From IMG/VR virus record IMGVR_UViG_3300020174_000028, positions 1-38,271 of that record: 38,271 bases of DNA. One strand, given 5' to 3'. This DNA comes from a virus. Its lineage: Duplodnaviria; Caudoviricetes. The position numbers were made by a program, and so were the translations under genes. The notes under the pieces are model-generated. The model was not told the DNA's origin and searched no databases. It saw only the letters and a program-made list of their open reading frames with translations. Positions 35,760 through 38,271 of this stretch are shown here, piece after piece (position 1 is the first letter of the stretch; each line of letters starts with the position of its first letter).

Positions 35760-36419
35760 ATGATTGAACCAAAAGTTAAGATTGTTAGTTACACAAAACC
35801 TTCATCAGAATTAGAACTCGATAATATGTCGGATCTGATCTCCTATTGTGCGAGAGTTTCGAATCCATCCAATCAAACAAACACAGCAACGAGTGAAAAA
35901 CTTCTTCGTTATTGCATGAAGAATAATCACTGGTCGATATTTGAAATGGCGAATGTTTGTTGTGAAATAGTTACAACTCGCGATATTGCGAGACAAATAT
36001 TAAGACACAGATCATTTACCTTTCAAGAGTTTAGTCAAAGATACGCTGATCCCACAAAAGAATTGGATTTTATTCTTCGTGAAGCACGTTTGCAAGATAC
36101 GAAAAATCGCCAGATGTCGATTGGTGTTGATAATCAAAAACTCATCGATGAGTGGAATCAGAAACAAAGTGAGTTAGTGCAACGAGCAAAGGAAACTTAT
36201 ATGTGGGCAATCGAAAAAGGAATCGCAAAGGAACAGGCCAGAGTTGTTCTTCCAGAAGGAAACACAATAAGTAGAATGTACATGAATGGAACTGTTCGTA
36301 GTTGGTTGCATTACATTGATCTTAGAACCGGAAATGGAACACAGAAGGAACATCGCGAAATCGCAGAGATGTGTAGAGACGCAATTAAACCATTGATTCC
36401 AATACTATTTGATAAGTAA
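35760..36419 (+). CDS. thyX: FAD-dependent thymidylate synthase ThyX
   Basis: CARVS, HWSIFE, RQILRHRSFTFQEFSQRY, AKEQARVVLP, TQKEHR. Confidence 0.97.
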   Translation: MIEPKVKIVSYTKPSSELELDNMSDLISYCARVSNPSNQTNTATSEKLLRYCMKNNHWSIFEMANVCCEIVTTRDIARQILRHRSFTFQEFSQRYADPTKELDFILREARLQDTKNRQMSIGVDNQKLIDEWNQKQSELVQRAKETYMWAIEKGIAKEQARVVLPEGNTISRMYMNGTVRSWLHYIDLRTGNGTQKEHREIAEMCRDAIKPLIPILFDK

Positions 36420-36438
36420 GTTACAAATTTGTTACATT

Positions 36439-36446
36439 TATAAATA
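36439..36446 (+). promoter_or_regulatory. T4-type late promoter
   Basis: TATAAATA preceded by two GTTACA copies 11 bp apart. Confidence 0.7.
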
Positions 36447-36494
36447 CCATTGAACACTTCCAACAGGGAGTTCTAACAATGGAGAAGAAAATAA

Positions 36495-36584
36495 ATGATA
36501 GTTCCATTTCAAGCAATCGTTATGACGGCGATTGTGATCTACCTTTTCGAAGAGTGGAGACAATCTAGGCCGTTTAGTAAATAG
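36495..36584 (+). CDS. 29-aa hydrophobic micropeptide, absent from the ORF track
   Basis: GGAG RBS; MIVPFQAIVMTAIVIYLFEEWRQSRPFSK; has its own promoter and terminator. Confidence 0.55.
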   Translation: MIVPFQAIVMTAIVIYLFEEWRQSRPFSK

Positions 36585-36593
36585 AAAACAAAG

Positions 36594-36623
36594 AAGGGGA
36601 GTGACGAAAGTTGCTCCCCTTTT
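36594..36623. terminator. intrinsic terminator between convergent genes, probably bidirectional
   Basis: AAGGGGAGTGAC-GAAA-GTTGCTCCCCTTTT with an A-rich 5' flank. Confidence 0.85.
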
Positions 36624-36936
36624 AAAGCACTATATTCCAAGATATTCTTGAAAATAATTGTTTCTCATTCTCCGGTATGATTCGATCAACAATAATGGAT
36701 GGTGCGTATTCTGGTTTCGGTTCAAGTCTCAATCCATTTTCAATGCCAACCGGAAGAATGTCATCGACATAATCCATTGCTCCTCTTGGTTTGAGCCACT
36801 TGTAATAGAGATCAACATTATTCGTCTCGATCAACACATCCATGTAAAGTTTGTGTTTAGCGAAGTATGTGAGATCTCGAAAAGAGAGAATGTTAGTTGG
36901 AGGATTCGTTATTGCCGCTCGAACTATTAATCTCAT
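36622..36936 (-). CDS. hypothetical protein
   Basis: Coupled by TAATG overlap to the upstream minus-strand gene; ends at the terminator. Confidence 0.7.
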   Translation of the reverse strand: MRLIVRAAITNPPTNILSFRDLTYFAKHKLYMDVLIETNNVDLYYKWLKPRGAMDYVDDILPVGIENGLRLEPKPEYAPSIIVDRIIPENEKQLFSRISWNIVL

Positions 36937-37421
36937 TACTTACCTCCGGCGGATGGCGTAAAATAGAACCCAATTATTGCCGCCAAAGTGGTGATGCTGA
37001 CAAGAGAGATGTGTCCAGTCGTGATTGTGGTGGTGATGTCGGTTTGGGCTGGGATATCGATAAGTCCCCAGATGAACTTATATCCTGTTTTTGACTCGGG
37101 TGGAGTGAAGGTGACGAGTTGGACTGTTGGCCAGAGTGTGCAAAGTACCGAGATGACGAAAAAGTTGCACATCCCGATAACAGCCAAGAAACGGCGAGTA
37201 GCGCGAGTAAACATCGCAGTTTCTTTATCGGGTTCACCGAAGAGATTTTTTTGTAGATCCGCATTTGCTCTTGATACTGCAAGTTCTCTTGCTAGTTCCC
37301 TTTTTTCTGCTGCCGCTTTCTTTTCAGCACCTGCGGCGACAATTCCACCAACCATTTTGAGGATCGACCCCATTCCGGTGGCACCAAGTGTCGATACGAG
37401 CATTGTAATAAGTCCAAACAT
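36936..37421 (-). CDS. three-TM membrane protein, holin-like
   Basis: Hydrophobic N-terminus, charged helix, ATRRFLAVIG TM, C-terminal AAIIGFYF. Confidence 0.6.
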   Translation of the reverse strand: MFGLITMLVSTLGATGMGSILKMVGGIVAAGAEKKAAAEKRELARELAVSRANADLQKNLFGEPDKETAMFTRATRRFLAVIGMCNFFVISVLCTLWPTVQLVTFTPPESKTGYKFIWGLIDIPAQTDITTTITTGHISLVSITTLAAIIGFYFTPSAGGK

Positions 37422-37442
37422 AACATTTATTTCTATTTAGTC

Positions 37443-37471
37443 TTGACAGTTTTTTTAAAAAAGAGTATAAT
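37443..37471 (+). promoter_or_regulatory. perfect-consensus sigma70 promoter
   Basis: TTGACA-17nt-TATAAT. Confidence 0.75.
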
Positions 37472-37554
37472 TCTTTCGATCAAACAAATCCAGCCATGAT
37501 TAACCTATCAAGACATCTTTAATACCGTGAGTATTTATCTGATAATTTTAAAGA

Positions 37555-37602
37555 TTTTTTACACAATTAGGTGTTGACTTTTCATTTCACTTCAAGTAAA
37601 TT
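37555..37602 (+). promoter_or_regulatory. early promoter
   Basis: TTTTTTACACAATTAGGTG-TTGACT-17nt-TAAATT; nearly identical to 3035-3060. Confidence 0.75.
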
Positions 37603-37608
37603 ACTCGT

Positions 37609-37842
37609 ATGACAATGATGATTAACTTCCCCAAAAACATGGGTCTTTCACCTCGGCCTTTGTCCGACTATGATTCTCTTGCATTGAGATTCTATCACAT
37701 GACTGTTGCGAAGAGTCCTAATCGCTCCCACTTGAAAGATATCACTGATCGATTGATTCGATATCACGGTGGCACTAGTGATTTAGACATGCATTTCAGC
37801 AATGGTAAAATGTTGAGTAAGTGTCGAATTGGTGTCAGTTAG
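37609..37842 (+). CDS. small early hypothetical protein
   Basis: ATG 6 nt after the -10 hexamer. Confidence 0.65.
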   Translation: MTMMINFPKNMGLSPRPLSDYDSLALRFYHMTVAKSPNRSHLKDITDRLIRYHGGTSDLDMHFSNGKMLSKCRIGVS

Positions 37843-37899
37843 TTTTACTTGTTTTTTACACCTTTAACCCTTGACTTTTAAGAATTCTTCTCCTACAAT
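37843..37899 (+). promoter_or_regulatory. early promoter
   Basis: TTTTACTTGTTTTTTACAC upstream, TTGACT-17nt-TACAAT. Confidence 0.75.
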
Positions 37900-37905
37900 A
37901 CTCGT

Positions 37906-38064
37906 ATGAAAAATGGTTATGATTTAATAAGAATAGATGGTCAATGGTACGCCATCGAAGAAGTTGATGGAGATTCCGTTTGGGTTTCCAATGACGATGG
38001 AGCTGAGTTTGAGTTTTCCATCGATGTTCTCAAAGAGAATACTCTTTTCACCCATAGTAAGTAA
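37906..38064 (+). CDS. small acidic early protein (52 aa), absent from the ORF track
   Basis: MKNGYDLIRIDGQWYAIEEVDGDSVWVSNDDGAEFEFSIDVLKENTLFTHSK; ATG 6 nt after the -10. Confidence 0.7.
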   Translation: MKNGYDLIRIDGQWYAIEEVDGDSVWVSNDDGAEFEFSIDVLKENTLFTHSK

Positions 38065-38070
38065 TGTTTC

Positions 38071-38126
38071 TTTTACATCTTTTTTACGCGATATCGCCTT
38101 GACATTAGAATAAAACAAGTCATAAT
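38071..38126 (+). promoter_or_regulatory. early promoter
   Basis: TTTTACATCTTTTTTACGCGAT upstream, TTGACA-16nt-CATAAT. Confidence 0.75.
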
Positions 38127-38145
38127 GTGGGTATAAGATTGAGAA

Positions 38146-38259
38146 ATGAGAAAACAAAAAACAGTTAAATTCACCGATAGGTTAGAATCGTTTGAAAGAG
38201 TCTTAGACTTTTTGGTGTTGTCTGTTTTAAATCTAATTGGAAAAATTTTATTTGGATAA
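38146..38259 (+). CDS. small early hypothetical protein (37 aa)
   Basis: MRKQKTVKFTDRLESFERVLDFLVLSVLNLIGKILFG downstream of an early promoter. Confidence 0.5.
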   Translation: MRKQKTVKFTDRLESFERVLDFLVLSVLNLIGKILFG

Positions 38260-38271
38260 ATTATGAGAAAA

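Noticed and set aside
37555-38126. Repeated TTTACA...TTGAC blocks as a CRISPR array
   Set aside because: The repeats are degenerate, irregularly spaced, match promoter consensus and are separated by ORFs; no cas operon is present
1-38271. Alternative genetic code or stop-codon recoding
   Set aside because: Core genes are full length in the standard code; TAA, TAG and TGA all terminate genes; coding density is high
1-38271. tRNA or rRNA genes
   Set aside because: No cloverleaf or T-loop signatures were seen in the short intergenic gaps; a tRNAscan run would be decisive

Overview
This window is a segment of a large T4-like dsDNA phage genome in the standard genetic code, with almost every gene on the + strand. 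Core T4-like genes are uvsX, a probable gp40, the gp41 helicase, nrdB/nrdA, RNase H, a DenV-family glycosylase, an exonuclease and thyX, plus T4-type late promoters (TATAAATA). Three accessory blocks stand out. (1) ~3.6-12.9 kb: proteins, several starting with a T4-like capsid-targeting peptide (MxxFKE...E) and built from modules separated by prohead-protease-like E sites. They include a ligase-like nucleotidyltransferase, an HxGH nucleotidyltransferase, a P-loop kinase and a nuclease-like protein. (2) ~23.9-28.0 kb: a six-gene glycosyl/sulfo/methyl-transferase cluster. (3) ~30.2-35.7 kb: a late-promoter operon with two small membrane paralogs, CsgF, CsgG, a curlin-like repeat protein, a FecR-domain protein with a curlin-like C-terminus, and an intact CHASE2 adenylate cyclase. 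A secreted FN3 protein with an Opitutae-type C-terminal domain points to a Verrucomicrobiota host. Many start codons sit at the predicted transcription start, suggesting leaderless mRNAs. All calls come from reading motifs by eye; no searches were run.
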